From Octopus vulgaris (lineage: Eukaryota), in contig OX597817.1 of assembly GCA_951406725.2 (NCBI GenBank), forward strand, positions 164,424,001 through 164,488,000: 64,000 bases of DNA, written 5' to 3'. Position numbers and translations under genes: made by a program. Positions within the stretch are counted from its first letter, which is position 1; each line of letters opens with the position of its first letter. The notes under the pieces were generated by a model. The model saw only the letters and a program-made list of their open reading frames with translations, was not told where the DNA came from and did no database searches. Below are positions 36,366 to 48,715 of this stretch, piece by piece.

Positions 36366-37249
36366 TCATTTATTTAATCACAAATCTTAATGGAAAACTT
36401 TTGCTATACCCTTGCTTGCAATTTGGTGGTATTGGGCGTGGCAGCACACTCAATATAACAACCACCATATGTCACTGGATATTTATTTGTTAACTAGATA
36501 ATCAATTTTAAACCAATTTTTAAAAATTCTGAATGCTTGGTGTTCAAAAAACCAAAAACAATCACAAAAAAAAACCGAAAACTATTTAAAACAAACAAAA
36601 AAAACATTAAAAAATTGAGGAGAGTTTTAAAACCATATGCTAAAAGTAATAAATGTCCCATAAATACCAGTTCTATTTATTAGGTAACCTACAAAACCTT
36701 TGTAGCTAGCACTTTGAATTCATTCACTCTGATTCTCTTGCAGTTCAAAATGTAACTTCCCGGCTTGACATAATGGCTGTTGTTAATTCTCTCTTCTGTT
36801 GCCTCCCGCAAATTCCACTGAACAAGCGTTTTCACTTTATGATGAAAATCAGAAGAAAGCTTAGATTAAATTACTTGATGTTATTACTAAGAAAGTAGCA
36901 TAGAGAAAGCCTAAAATAAGTCTCCGATTTAATTCAATTTTCTGTTAGAAGGAAGAATAACTTTGGAAATCGTTATTTTATTTACCTCCCTTGAACTTTA
37001 TATTCGGTATAAAACGATAATTCAAATATTCTAAATTTGCTCGTTTACTTGTTTCAGTCATTTGACTGCGGCCATGCTGGAGCACCGCCTTTAGTCGATC
37101 AAATCGACCCCAGGACTTATTCTTTGTAAGTCTAGTACTTATTCTATCGGTCTCTCTTTTGCTGAACTGCTAAGTTACGGGAACGAAAACATACCAGCAT
37201 CGTTATCCATATACCATACCATTTATTGGAAAAACCACCTTGTGACAAA

Positions 37250-37615
37250 TCATCATCATCGGTTAACGTCTGCTTTCCATGCTGGCATGGGTTGGACGAT
37301 TTGACTGAGGACTGGCGAACCAGATGGCTGCACCGGGCTCCAATCTGATCTGGCAGAGTTTCTACAGCTGGATGCCCTTCCTAACGCCAACCACTCCGAG
37401 AGTGTAGTGGATGCTTTTATGTGCCACCGGCACAGGGGCCAGTAAGACAGTACTGGCAACGGCCTCGCTCAAATGTTTTTTTCACGTGCCAGTAAGGCGA
37501 TGCTGGTAACAATCACGCTCGAATGGTGCCTTTTACGTGCCGCCGGCACGGAGGCCAGATAGCCGCTCTGGCAACGATCACGCTCAGATGGTGCTCTTAG
37601 CACCCCACTAGCACA
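37250..37615 (-). mobile_element. RTE-LINE 3'UTR copy
   Basis: (CAT)n..TTAACGTCTGCTTTCCATGC, GGATGCCCTTCCTAACGCCAACC and repeated GTGCCACCGGCAC modules. Confidence 0.85.
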
Positions 37616-37663
37616 ATGTAGAGAATATTTCTAATCTTGGTAACATTCATAAGTTCCAACACA

Positions 37664-37870
37664 TGGAATATTCCTATCAAATTACCCATCAATTGCATAA
37701 ACAACAGGCTTGATATTGTTGCTTTGGTCAGAGAACAAAAATTATGTACTGTTTATAAGGGTCAGCTGCCCAGTAGATAAAATTTCTTACAAAAGAAAGA
37801 CAACGTTAATGGACAACAACTATGAAACCGCTAACATATATATCCAGGTTATATCCTAGGAATACATCAT
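37664..37870 (+). mobile_element. Fragment of an REL-endonuclease domain (R4/Dong-like non-LTR element)
   Basis: WNIPIKLPINCINNRLDIVALVREQKLCTV, then after a frameshift VSCPVD; resembles the W..PIKT...HNRPDIV..D...C..IEVSCP motif. Confidence 0.55.
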
Positions 37871-39282
37871 ATTGACTTTGATGTAGTTTGAACTCATGAC
37901 TGTAGGTTGTTGATGTATTATAGTTGTGTCATTTGAAACGAGTTAATTCAATATGTACAAGTAATACCACTAGATTCAAAACAGTTAACTATGCAACTCA
38001 CACATTTTTTTATTTAAATATGATAAATCTGATTTAGTTTCACAATGATCATGGATATTAAACCAAGGCCCTCACTACAATTTTATGGAACTGCTAATTG
38101 AAATAATAGGTTGTATGGAGACATGACCAAAATATTTTTATAAACTGCCATCTTAATGTAACTAAGATATTTCTGTCATCACATAAATTTAGAAACCTTT
38201 AAATATTCAACTATGCATAGTGATAATCAAATTGCAGTCACACATGTCAAAGTTTATCAACCTTCTGTTGAAAGATAATTAAGTCCTAATAGACAATATT
38301 AACTACAATTTTATAAAGCTTCACATATGAACATTCTGTAAACATAATTCAGAAGATTCAAATCTCTTGATTAAAAAAAAAATCACATTAAAAGTTTTAT
38401 CATCATCATCATTGTTTTAACATCCACTTTACTACCCCTGTATGGGTCAGACAAAACTTACTGAAACAGATCTTTCACGGTCAGATGCCCCACCTATTGC
38501 CAACCCTCATCTGCTTTCAAACAAGATATTTCCTTATAACTAGACATGTTTACGTATGTTATAAACCCAAACTCGAATATCAAAGTTTAAAAGGTTTTAA
38601 TCGACTAAAAATAAAGCAATATACAATACAAACAAAGATTGCTGAATTGTAAGCAAAACCAAACTTCAATGCAATAACATTTTTTATGCAGCGAGTTTCT
38701 ACATTCTCGACTAACTTATATCAACGCTGAACATGTTGTCGGCAAACAGAACAGAACTCTGCACAGTTGCACTGCAGGCATATAATAGCAATCGAGACAA
38801 TCAAAATCACGTAATCAAAACTAGAATCATAACATTTGCATAGAATTTTGGAATACTGCTTGCATCAGTTTTAATAAAGCATTTCATATTTTAGATTACA
38901 TGTTAACAGTAATTTGATAGATTAAGAAATATATTTTAACAAAGATTATTAGAGAGATTATGTGTTCCTTGTTAACATGGATTATTTTGAAGATAACATT
39001 TGCATTTCATGTTCCATGAAAATAATTCAATAGAGATTTTCAAATAATGATTTACCAGACTAAAGAGATCTGAGCATTTTACATTTGAAGTTCTATATTA
39101 CCATGAATTAAATGGATTTTACATTTCTCTATTGGTTTTGCATTTTGCCACAAGGCCAATAATATTAGGGGAAGGGGTAAGTCGACTGGTACATATTTAG
39201 TGATCCTGAAAGGATGAAAGGCAAAGTCAACCTTTGTGGAATTTGAACTCAGAACATAAAAGACATGAAATGTTGCTAAATA

Positions 39283-39453
39283 GGCGCAGGAGTGGCTGTG
39301 TGGTAAGTAGCTTGTTAACCAACTACATGGTTCCGGGTTCAGTCCCACTGCGTGGCATCTTGGGCAAGTGTCTTCTGCTATAGCCCCAGGCCGACCAATG
39401 CCTTGTGAGTGGATTTGGTAGACGGAAACTGAAAGAAGCCTGTCGTATATATG

Positions 39454-39492
<39 letters not shown>

Positions 39493-39705
39493 TTGTATGT
39501 CTGTGTTTGTCCCCCTAGCATTGCTTGACAACCGATGCTGGTGTGTTTACGTCCCCGTCATTTAACGGTTTGGCAAAAGAGACCGATAGAATAAGTACTG
39601 GGCTTACAAAGAATAAGTCCCGGAGTCGATTTGCTCGACTAAATGCGGTGCTCCAGCATGGCCGCAGTCAAATGACTGAAACAAGTAAAAGAATAAAAAG
39701 AATAA
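39283..39705 (+). mobile_element. Young CORE-like SINE inserted into a minus-strand Nin/Deu SINE (about 39130-39750)
   Basis: Near-identical to the 34500 copy; the host SINE continues as TTTGCCTGGTGTGCTAAAGGTTCTGCCAGCTTACCACC. Confidence 0.9.
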
Positions 39706-40794
39706 ATCAGTTTGCCTGGTGTGCTAAAGGTTCTGCCAGCTTACCACCTTATAAACATTTCTATATTAAGAAACTGTTCATGGAACTGAACATTTGGAAT
39801 TGCTCAAGCAATCTAAATGTCCCTTCTTATATTAAGTCTCAAACTATCAAACCAATGAAGGAGCCTCTATGTAGTTGCTCAGCCAGTTAGAAATAACAGC
39901 CAAATCTCCCTCAAATCATGCCTACTGCTTTAGAAAAAAGTGTGAGGGCATGCAATATAGTCTTAGATCAATGATGGGCAACATTTTTTATAACACAAGC
40001 TGAATGAGACATGACTTATTTTCAGGCAGGCCACACGGCTGAAAAAATTGGTATGCCATTCAAGAAGTCCTACTGATTGCAGTTTAGTTGTGACTGCCCT
40101 AGATATACAAAAAAAAAGAGAGGCTAGTCATGAGCAGAACATCTCTGATTTAAGCCCTGCTCAGTGAGAAGTGACCCAAGGTTAAACAGCAACTCGCAAC
40201 TGAAAAAAGTCACTATTTTCAATTTGTAAGAAAAATATAGGAAATATCCAGATGCACAATCTGTTTCTCAATAACCACTCTATATCCTTCAGTAACCACA
40301 CTATTATTTAACTTTCTAGTGAGGTTGAAATCTACTTGATAGGTAATAATAAAGCATATGGTCAAAACTTGAATCCAATTTAATACCTCACCTACATGAA
40401 AGACCCTTCCCATCACTCAAAATACTGAGATTTGTTGCCACATATTGCAATTAGAATCACATTTACATCAAGAGCAAAATATATCAGATAAGACTATCAA
40501 TCATAAGTCAGTTGTTAGTCGACCTTAAGTCAGTTCCATGGTCAAAGGCATTCTAGTGATGACCATCCCTCTGTTTTGTATATAATGAACTACATAGTTT
40601 GATTATCTTCACTATTCATGAAGGAAGGGTGTGATCCATGGGAGAATTAGCTGCTACATCTAGCAGGTCATGCTACTGTGTAGAAGCTTCTATATTATCT
40701 TGCTGCCAATAAAATGTAACTGAGCTGATTAGATGTTCAGCTTAAATCACAAGTCAGTACTTAGCAGTCGACCACAGGTATAAAAACTATGTAC

Positions 40795-41080
40795 TCGTTA
40801 CAGCATCACCTTACTGGCACTTTGCCAGTGGTACGTGAAAAAACATTCGAGCGAGGTCGTTGCCAGTACCGCCTGACTGGCTCCCGTGCTGGTGGCACGT
40901 AAAAGCACCCACTACACTCTTGGAGTGGTTGGCGTTAGGAAGGGCATCCAGCTGTAGAAACTCTACTAAATCAAGATTGGAGCCTGGTGCAGCCATCTGG
41001 TTAGCCAGTCCTCAGTGAAATCGTCTAACCCATGCTAGCATGGAAAGCGGACGTTAAACGATGATGATAATGATGATGTA
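40795..41080 (+). mobile_element. RTE-LINE 3'UTR copy
   Basis: GGTGGCACGTAAAAGCACCCACTACACTC..GGACGTTAAACGATGATG. Confidence 0.85.
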
Positions 41081-42142
41081 CTCATCAAGCGAAATTCTTC
41101 TTAAAGCTGGGGCAATATCGCTGTAATAAGTAACAATGAAGAGGGAAAAGGGAGAGAGAATAAAGGATGACGCTGACCAAGTAATACATATTATGTTGAA
41201 GCCATTTAAAACATTGAACACAACTCATAAACCCTTCATAATCTCTTTGTGGATCCACCACCACCACCACCACTACCAGGGGGTTTGCGAACCCATGCTA
41301 AAAGCCGCTACCGCTACCTTGGGGACTAAACAACAGGCATATAAAAATAGTCCCGACAGGTGGAGAAAACACATGGTCTGAGTGCAATATTTCACTTCAT
41401 ACAATTAATGTTAATATGGTCTTCAGGTAGGCAGAGACATAGTATATTTAAAACAACAGGTCTGCTCGATCGGGAGTTACACAACGACACCCTGTCATCT
41501 GATCTTACGTGGAACAATTAATCTAAAACAACCTATAAGTTCAATTGGCTATATCTCCTCCAGAAAATGTGTCACCTACGAAATTAGTATAGCTGTGTCT
41601 ATAGCTACAAAAGCAACAATCAATATCAGATTAATAAAATATCGAATTTAAGATTATATTCTCTGTTATTCCATCTGGTTACTAAATAAAGCAACGAAAC
41701 AACGTGTCAATGGAAGATCTTTACGGGGATCACTCGAGGAAGGGACCTTTTGCGCGATTGCTCAATCCGTTAGAAATAGCAGACAAATAGCCCTCGAATA
41801 ACCCCATCGATGTCTTAAAAAAAGAACACTTTGGATAACTGAATCATGCACATAGAAGTAAAATAGGATGGTCAAGGCTGGAATGCCCTTGGTCATTAGG
41901 CTACTCAATAAGAACAACATGAGCGAGGATTCGATGTGGTCGCTGATCCTGCTAGAAATAGCAACCAAATCCCCCTTAAATCATATTCATAGACACATTG
42001 AATAACATAATCCTAGATACTGTTTCGAATACACAAAGAAATGATCATGCTGGAATGCCTTTGGTTTGAGGTCCACTGTTCATTCTGAGCACAGCCCGGG
42101 GTTAAACGACAAGAGCCAAATCACACCAAACTATCCTGAAAA

Positions 42143-42635
42143 GGCGGCGAGCTGGCAGAAACGTTAGCACGCCGGGCGAAATGCTTTGCGATATTTTGTC
42201 TGCCGTTACGTTCTGAGTTCAAATTCCGCCGGGGTCGACTTTGGGGTCGACTTTGCCTTTCAGCCTTTCGGGGTCGATTAAATTAGATGTACCAGTTACG
42301 CACTGGGGTCGATATAATCGACTTAATCCGTGCTTGTATTTCGTCTGTCCTTGTTTGTCCCTCTCGATGTTTAGCCCCTGTCGTGGACTTAATACCTATG
42401 TCTGTCCTTGTTTGTCCTTATGTTTAGCCCTTGGGGTAATAAAGAAATAGGTATTTCGTCTGCCGTTACGTTCTGAGTTCGAATTCCGCCGGGGTCGACT
42501 TTGCCTTTCATCCTTTCGGGGTCGATTAAATAAGTACCAGTTACGCACTGGGGTCGATATAATCGACTTAATCCGTGTGTCTGTCCTTGTTTGTCCTCTC
42601 TGTGTTTAGCCCTTTGTGGGTAGTAAAAAAAAAAT
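42143..42635 (+). mobile_element. Young Nin/Deu SINE with an internally duplicated body, just upstream of USO1
   Basis: TSD AACTATCCTGAAAAG (42129-42143) / AACTATCCTAAAAAG (42636-42650); the body restarts at about 42450. Confidence 0.85.
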
Positions 42636-42849
42636 AACTATCCTAAAAAGAGAAAGACGAAAGATTCAAGTGGTCCTAAATACAGTATGTCTGAATCGGA
42701 GAGGAAGACAGTCACAGCTTAAACACGTCTGATCATGGCTCAGCTGGGTCAGGGTTAAAAGTAAGAAGAGCAATAAAGGGAGAGGAAGAAAGCAATAAGA
42801 TTTAGTGAGAGGTGAAAACGAGGTGACAAGAAGAGACAACTCTTGCTAC

Positions 42850-42939
42850 TTGACTACGTGACGTGCGAGTGAATTGTATGCTGGGATATGCCACGTTGTT
42901 AGCGCATGCGTTGTAGGCGAGTCACTCGCTACCATCAAC
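42850..42939 (+). promoter_or_regulatory. Putative USO1 promoter/5'UTR with bZIP/bHLH-ZIP and NRF1-like motifs
   Basis: TGACGTG at 42859-42865, TGCCACGT at 42889-42896 and GCGCATGCG at 42902-42910, in a locally CpG-rich region just 5' of the ATG. Confidence 0.55.
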
Positions 42940-43005
42940 ATGAATTACTTCCGAAAGGTTTTAGGAACTCCTCAAGGTGGCAATCAACCATCCAGTGCTG
43001 AGACG
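42940..43005 (+). CDS. USO1: General vesicular transport factor p115, coding exon 1
   Basis: MNYFRKVLGTPQGGNQPSSAET|gtaaat; compare vertebrate p115 MNFLRGVMGGQ..AET; phase 0. Confidence 0.9.
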
Positions 43006-43614
43006 GTAAATACCAAATACTATTCTAATGTTCGCACAACTCTTTTCCAATGTGTCAGCTATTTATTTCATCCATTTATGACTTAGTTGTGCCCTCCCTC
43101 AAGCGCTCACTCGGCAATATTCCTGCACCGGGTTCTATCGGCTGCTACGTCCCGTCTACAACAATCATTATCATCACCATCACCTCTCTCTCTCTCTCTC
43201 CTTCTCTTCCCCAATCAATGTCTGTCATTCTGTATTTATGTAATAATAAGTCGAGTCTGTACTAAACACAATTACCTCCTAATTTTCTCCTATTCGGTCC
43301 CTTATTATAGTAGATGGCCTCTTCGTACACTGACTCGACACCAACTTAACTGACAAGACACATCACCGATAACCTGTTACGTGTTAACCTCTCACACGGT
43401 CCTTCTCCCTTTCTCTCTCTCTCTCTATGTCTGTGTGTGGATATTGAAAACCCCGAACCTGCATGATTCGCTACTCGGAGTTTCCCCCTTCACTAACCCC
43501 CATATCAATTTTCAGGACCGACCTACTGGAATTGTTTATATCGATGCATTTTGCTTGTCAAGCGCTCCTCTATCCATGCACATATGTCTCTCTCTTTCTC
43601 CTCTATGTATGTAC

Positions 43615-43662
<48 letters not shown>

Positions 43663-43665
<3 letters not shown>

Positions 43666-43792
43666 GGTGTCCCCAAAAAATGTATACACACCTTAAATAA
43701 TTGTAAATTTGTTATTCTTTGTAAGCCTAGTACTTATTCTATCGTTTCTTTTTTGCCGAACCACTGTGTATACATTTTTTTGGGACACCCTG
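43663..43792. mobile_element. Tc1/mariner-type MITE within (TA)n
   Basis: TIRs CAGGGTGTCCCCAAAAAATGTATACAC / GTGTATACATTTTTTTGGGACACCCTG; TA on the left flank. Confidence 0.8.
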
Positions 43793-43916
43793 TGTATATA
43801 TATATATATGTGACCGACCAGGCTATCAGATGCTGCCACACATCGCTGGTCACAATGCGCTTCGCACTGCTTTAGCCTTCAGATGACGCCACCCCGCAGG
43901 CTAAGCGAGCAGGCCA

Positions 43917-43948
<32 letters not shown>

Positions 43949-44580
43949 ATATTTATATGTATGTATGTATGTCTCTTCATCTCAACAACTTCCCATCTCC
44001 CGTTAGCATGAGTAATATCATGATTTGTTATCACACTGAACTACGCCACTCATTCTGTTCTATACTATGCCATACTATGCTATACTATACTATGTTATCC
44101 TATACCTTTACTATATAAACCCAGTAAATTGTCTCCTCCTTCTCTCTCTACTGCCATTTAATCATCAAGCTCACACACACACACACACACACACAGACTT
44201 AACTTGAGATTTTTTTCTCTCCCTACAACTCCACGACGCACAGACAGACTCCCGGAGACGGCTGTATCTTGTACGATATTGAATTGAATACTTTATTGTA
44301 TCCATACCTCTTGCTTTCAATTCACATCCGGCCACGAGCAATAAAAATAAGTACCAGTAACATATTCGTGTCGATTCCGTGAATTCCGCTCCATTACCCT
44401 CTTTCTACAAAATTAAACTGTTTTGTTTCTAACGTACGCCCAATGTTTCCTATATGTCAACCCATCTACATCTCTCTCTTTCAATACTGTCCAAGTGAAT
44501 CAATGATTCTCTAAGGTTGTTACTCGATCTACTTGAAATAGCAGTCAAATCTCCTCATATTACACTCATAGTATCTTTAA

Positions 44581-44801
44581 CCCTTTCGTTACTGAATTTA
44601 TTTTGAGATGTTCTGTTTTTCTCTCAATTATTTTAGATATAACAATGAATTTAGTAAAATAACTTAGTTGTCATTAAACTAGTGATAGGAACATAAATTG
44701 TGACTAAGGTTTGGTGGAAGATTTTAATTCAAAACTTATGAAAACAAGGCATTTGTACTGCAGAGCCAGAGCCGGTTTCAGCCAGGTTGGTAACGAAAGG
44801 G
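44581..44801 (+). mobile_element. piggyBac-type MITE
   Basis: TTAA TSDs (44577-44580, 44802-44805); TIR CCCTTTCGTTAC / GTAACGAAAGGG. Confidence 0.9.
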
Positions 44802-46055
44802 TTAAAAAAAAAGTAAGACATATCGAATAATTCAGTCCTTTATACACTATATATCTGTAATAAGGATAGAAAGGACATGATTGTCACGGCTGGAATGTCT
44901 TTGATCATTCGCATGTCAGTTTGATCAAAGCCGGACCGGGGCTATAAACAACACAACTGTTGCTCGGTAGCCTTACTTTAGACCTGCGTTGTGTATTACT
45001 CCTAAATCTGGTTACTGTTATCAATGCAATAAGATCGTTGTGACTACCGATGATGTGTGAGTTAAACACGACCCGCCTCCTTGTGTGTCCAGCTGCTACG
45101 GCTGTGAGAAAATCATTGTCATCGCTGCTGCTGTTGTTTGTTTAATGCTGCTGATGACACCGAAGTCAGATTCGGTTGGGGTTGACTCTTTTGTACTCAC
45201 TCGAATTAAAGAATCGGGTTTATTGATCCTGGTGGGACGTGGTTCATCTGAGAGTCGAGTCTCGTATTTTTTATAATCGTAATATTTTAATATGCATATT
45301 ACAATAAACAAAAGGGGGTGCACACTTTTCTGGACTGTCTCAGCTATCCCTGGCGCCTTCCATGCTTTGCAGCTATTATTGTGTACGATATGTTTCAGTA
45401 CTTCATTGTTTTGAGTTCAAATCATACTAGTGTCGACTTCCTTCGGACTTCACGGGTCTATAAAATAAATGCCAGTTGCTGTTTAGTTCCAGAATAGCCC
45501 CGGTTAAACAAATCTACGATCTAAAGCATTCCAACCACGATCGTTCCGTCTGTATGTAATGTGTCTGAAGATGACTAGTGTGATTCGAGGTCAATTTGAT
45601 TCGTATTTCTCGCGGGTCGAACGTTTAACTGCTTATATATAAGTATCAGTTGATTAACCCCGTGTTTGTTGTGTCCGGGGCATATATTCTAGACACGAAT
45701 TTATATTAGCTGGTCATAATGTTTCCAAATCTAATGATAACCCCCACCTCGCTGAACCCAAAATTAAATCATGTTGAAGTTGTATTAGTATACAAGTTCG
45801 TCTGTTTATATTTATACCAGAGTAACAAATTTTTCTAATAACCTCCTTACGCCACTGGTATGTATGTGTGTGTGTGGTGCTCTAGCATGGCCGCAGTCAA
45901 ATGACTGAAACAAGTAAAGGAGTTAAAAAAGACTATACCAGCCATAACTATCTTATTACTCTACTGCTCTTATAACTTAGAGAGTGTGCTTCTCTTTCGA
46001 GTTTATGATTTACTAACGATATATATATATATATATGCGTTCTTGTCCCATTTTG

Positions 46056-46102
<47 letters not shown>

Positions 46103-46107
<5 letters not shown>

Positions 46108-46456
46108 GCATATATGCCATTTGAATATGGCTAACCCATAAGGGTGGATGCTACTGTAGTTTGTAGCCCCAGGAAGATATCTCCTCCAGCTGGCTATAGA
46201 CACACTATCTGTGTCCTGTCAGTATTTGTGAAGGGGAGTCAAACTACAGTAGCATCCACCCTTATGGGTTAGCCATATTCAAATGGCTAACCCATAAGGG
46301 TGGATGCTACTGTAGTTTGTAGCCCCAGGAAGATATCTCCTCCAGCTGGCTATAGACACACTATCTGTGTCCTGTCAGTATTTGTGAAGGGGAGTCAAAC
46401 TACAGTAGCATCCACCCTTATGGGTTAGCCATATTCAAATGGCATATATGCATCAC
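46103..46456. repeat. Combined inverted and tandem (156-bp period) repeat
   Basis: Outer ~59-bp perfect inverted repeat GTGATGCATATATGCCATTTGAATATGGCTAACCCATAAGGGTGGATGCTACTGTAGTTTG; the internal unit is duplicated. Confidence 0.9.
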
Positions 46457-46503
46457 GATGTGTTACCGCTACTGTTTATAACTCGCTCTGAGATTTATCA
46501 TTG

Positions 46504-46550
<47 letters not shown>

Positions 46551-46556
<6 letters not shown>

Positions 46557-46650
46557 AAAAGTTTTGAGCCTTGAAGTCTTGTACGTTCATCAGAAGTCTT
46601 GTACCATGTTTTTTTTTTTTTGAGGCTCAAGACTTCATACACCCATCGTA
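46551..46650. mobile_element. Small mariner-like MITE remnant
   Basis: TGTATGAAAAGTTTTGAGCCT / AGGCTCAAGACTTCATACACCCATCGTA imperfect TIRs in (TA)n. Confidence 0.5.
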
Positions 46651-48349
46651 TAATATATATACATATATATATATATATATGTATATATATAATGTATATA
46701 TATAATGTATATATATAAATGGCGGTGCCCCAGCATGGCCACAGCTCATTAGCTGAAACTGGAAAAATCAAAAATCAAAAATCATATATAGACATGAAAC
46801 TAGGTATTTGTATTTTTCGGTCGATAACTGATGAGGTATTAGGGTTCTGGTGTCTGCCCTACGTATAGGTTTTGTAGTATTTAATGTATTTTTTCCTTTA
46901 TGGAATAAGTGAACGCCACGCACCCCGACTTATGTTTCGGCAAGAGAGACCGATAGAATAAGTACTAGGCTTACAAAGAATAAGACCTGAGGTCGATTTG
47001 CTCGACTAAAGGCGGTGCTCCAGCACTGCCGCAGTCAAATGACTGAAACAAGTAAAAGAATATATAAATATATATATATATCGCTGATGTATTTTAGAGA
47101 AGGATAGCCGAAAGAAAAACAAGAATAAAAAATAATAATAATAACGGTAGTTTGCGAGAGATATTAGTATCTTGCTACTTTTGACCTGTTCATAATGTAT
47201 AACTAATGATACTATTGTTCACCAATAGCATTATAAAATAAGTAGATACATCAAAAACTTTATGTGCCTTTAGTTAAGTGTGGCAAACCCACACCCTCAA
47301 GAATCTAGCCAATTGATTTTAAAGTGATAACAAAAAATAAAAGGGGATTAGCGTTAATGACAATGTTGAAAGGAAAACAAGGGAGAGAACCCTGAAATTT
47401 TAATTGATTAAAAATCAAATGGTGTACAGTGGAGAGTGAGTTTGATCATTGGTAAGTACAGTGACAACTTTGGACGTGTTTGGCCTTATTAGACTTCCTC
47501 AACATACCTGATCATAGAACCACTTTGACTGGATATGGTTTTCTTGTGAAGAAAATTTACTGATTTAGCAATTTAAAATAATGACATTGGAACATTTCCC
47601 AAGAGTGAGTGTATGCAGAGTTTGCACACACATGTATGTGTGTGTGTATATATATATATGTATGTGTGTATATATATATGCACACACATACATTAACATT
47701 TATGCCATACATTTTAGTAGAGCTGTAAACATTTTTATTTATTTTTCTCTTGATTGGAAATGTTTTAGTCTGTTTTTAGATCAGTTTTTATTATCATTAT
47801 TATTCATATCAGAATTATCTAATTTTATATGATTAAAAAAATTCTTTCTTGAAAATTTTTGATGAAATTATCTTTAAACTGTTTTATAAAGAGAGTTACA
47901 AATATGCAAGTATTATATTACAAACTGATAATTCTTTGCTTCCATTTTTAGAACATTTATAGGTAATAGTAAACATTCTGTATGAAAAATTAGTTTTCAG
48001 TTACTCCTGTGGAATACTACTACATACCATTTTGTAACATTAGCTGACCAGTTTTCCGTAATATGTGTGTACGTGTGTGTTTTGCTAGAAAAGAGCCCAA
48101 ACTTAGCTGCAGTAATTAAACAATCTTGTTTGCTTTTTGATATTCCTTGCTTTAAATATGTCAACACCAGCTTATCAATAAAAATGTCTGAGAAAAGGAA
48201 CTGTGCAAAATATAGAATTGCTGTGTCAAGGTGGAATTCTAATGAATAACTGTAGCTATTAATATTTAAATGATCATATGACCTAATTACCTTGTGCTGA
48301 GATTTCTTTTTACCTCCTACTCCTCCCTGAAGATTCTCCTTTCTATCGT

Positions 48350-48715
48350 GGTACTCCATCAGTCACTACGACGAGGGTTCCAGTTGATCCGATCAATGGA
48401 ACAGCCTGCTCATGAAATTAGTGTGTAAGTGGCTGAACACTCCAGAGACACGGATACCCTTAACATAGTTCTCAGGGAGATTCAGCATGACACAGTGTGT
48501 GACAAGGCTGGCATGTTGAAATGCAGGTACAACAGAAACAGAAAGAAAGAGCGAGAGAAAGTTGTGGTGAAAGAGTACAGCTAGAGTTCACCTTGCCCCC
48601 CTTGCTGGAGCCTTATGGAGCTTTTGATGTTTTCGCTCAATAAACACTTACAACGCCCAGTCTGGGAATTGAAACCACAAGTCCGCTGTCCTAACCACTG
48701 AGCCATTGCACCCCA
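48350..48715 (-). mobile_element. tRNA-headed SINE sharing its tail with the 10800 family
   Basis: GAGGGTTCCAGTTGATCCGATCAATGGAACAGC..GTGGCTGAACACTCCA; tRNA-like head at about 48660-48715. Confidence 0.7.

Noticed and set aside
40219-40416. 65-aa minus-strand ORF as an exon of a divergent gene
   Set aside because: No recognisable homology and no consistent neighbouring exons
46828-46870. CTGATGA followed by a hairpin (possible hammerhead)
   Set aside because: No GAAA or stem III follows; at best a deleted remnant
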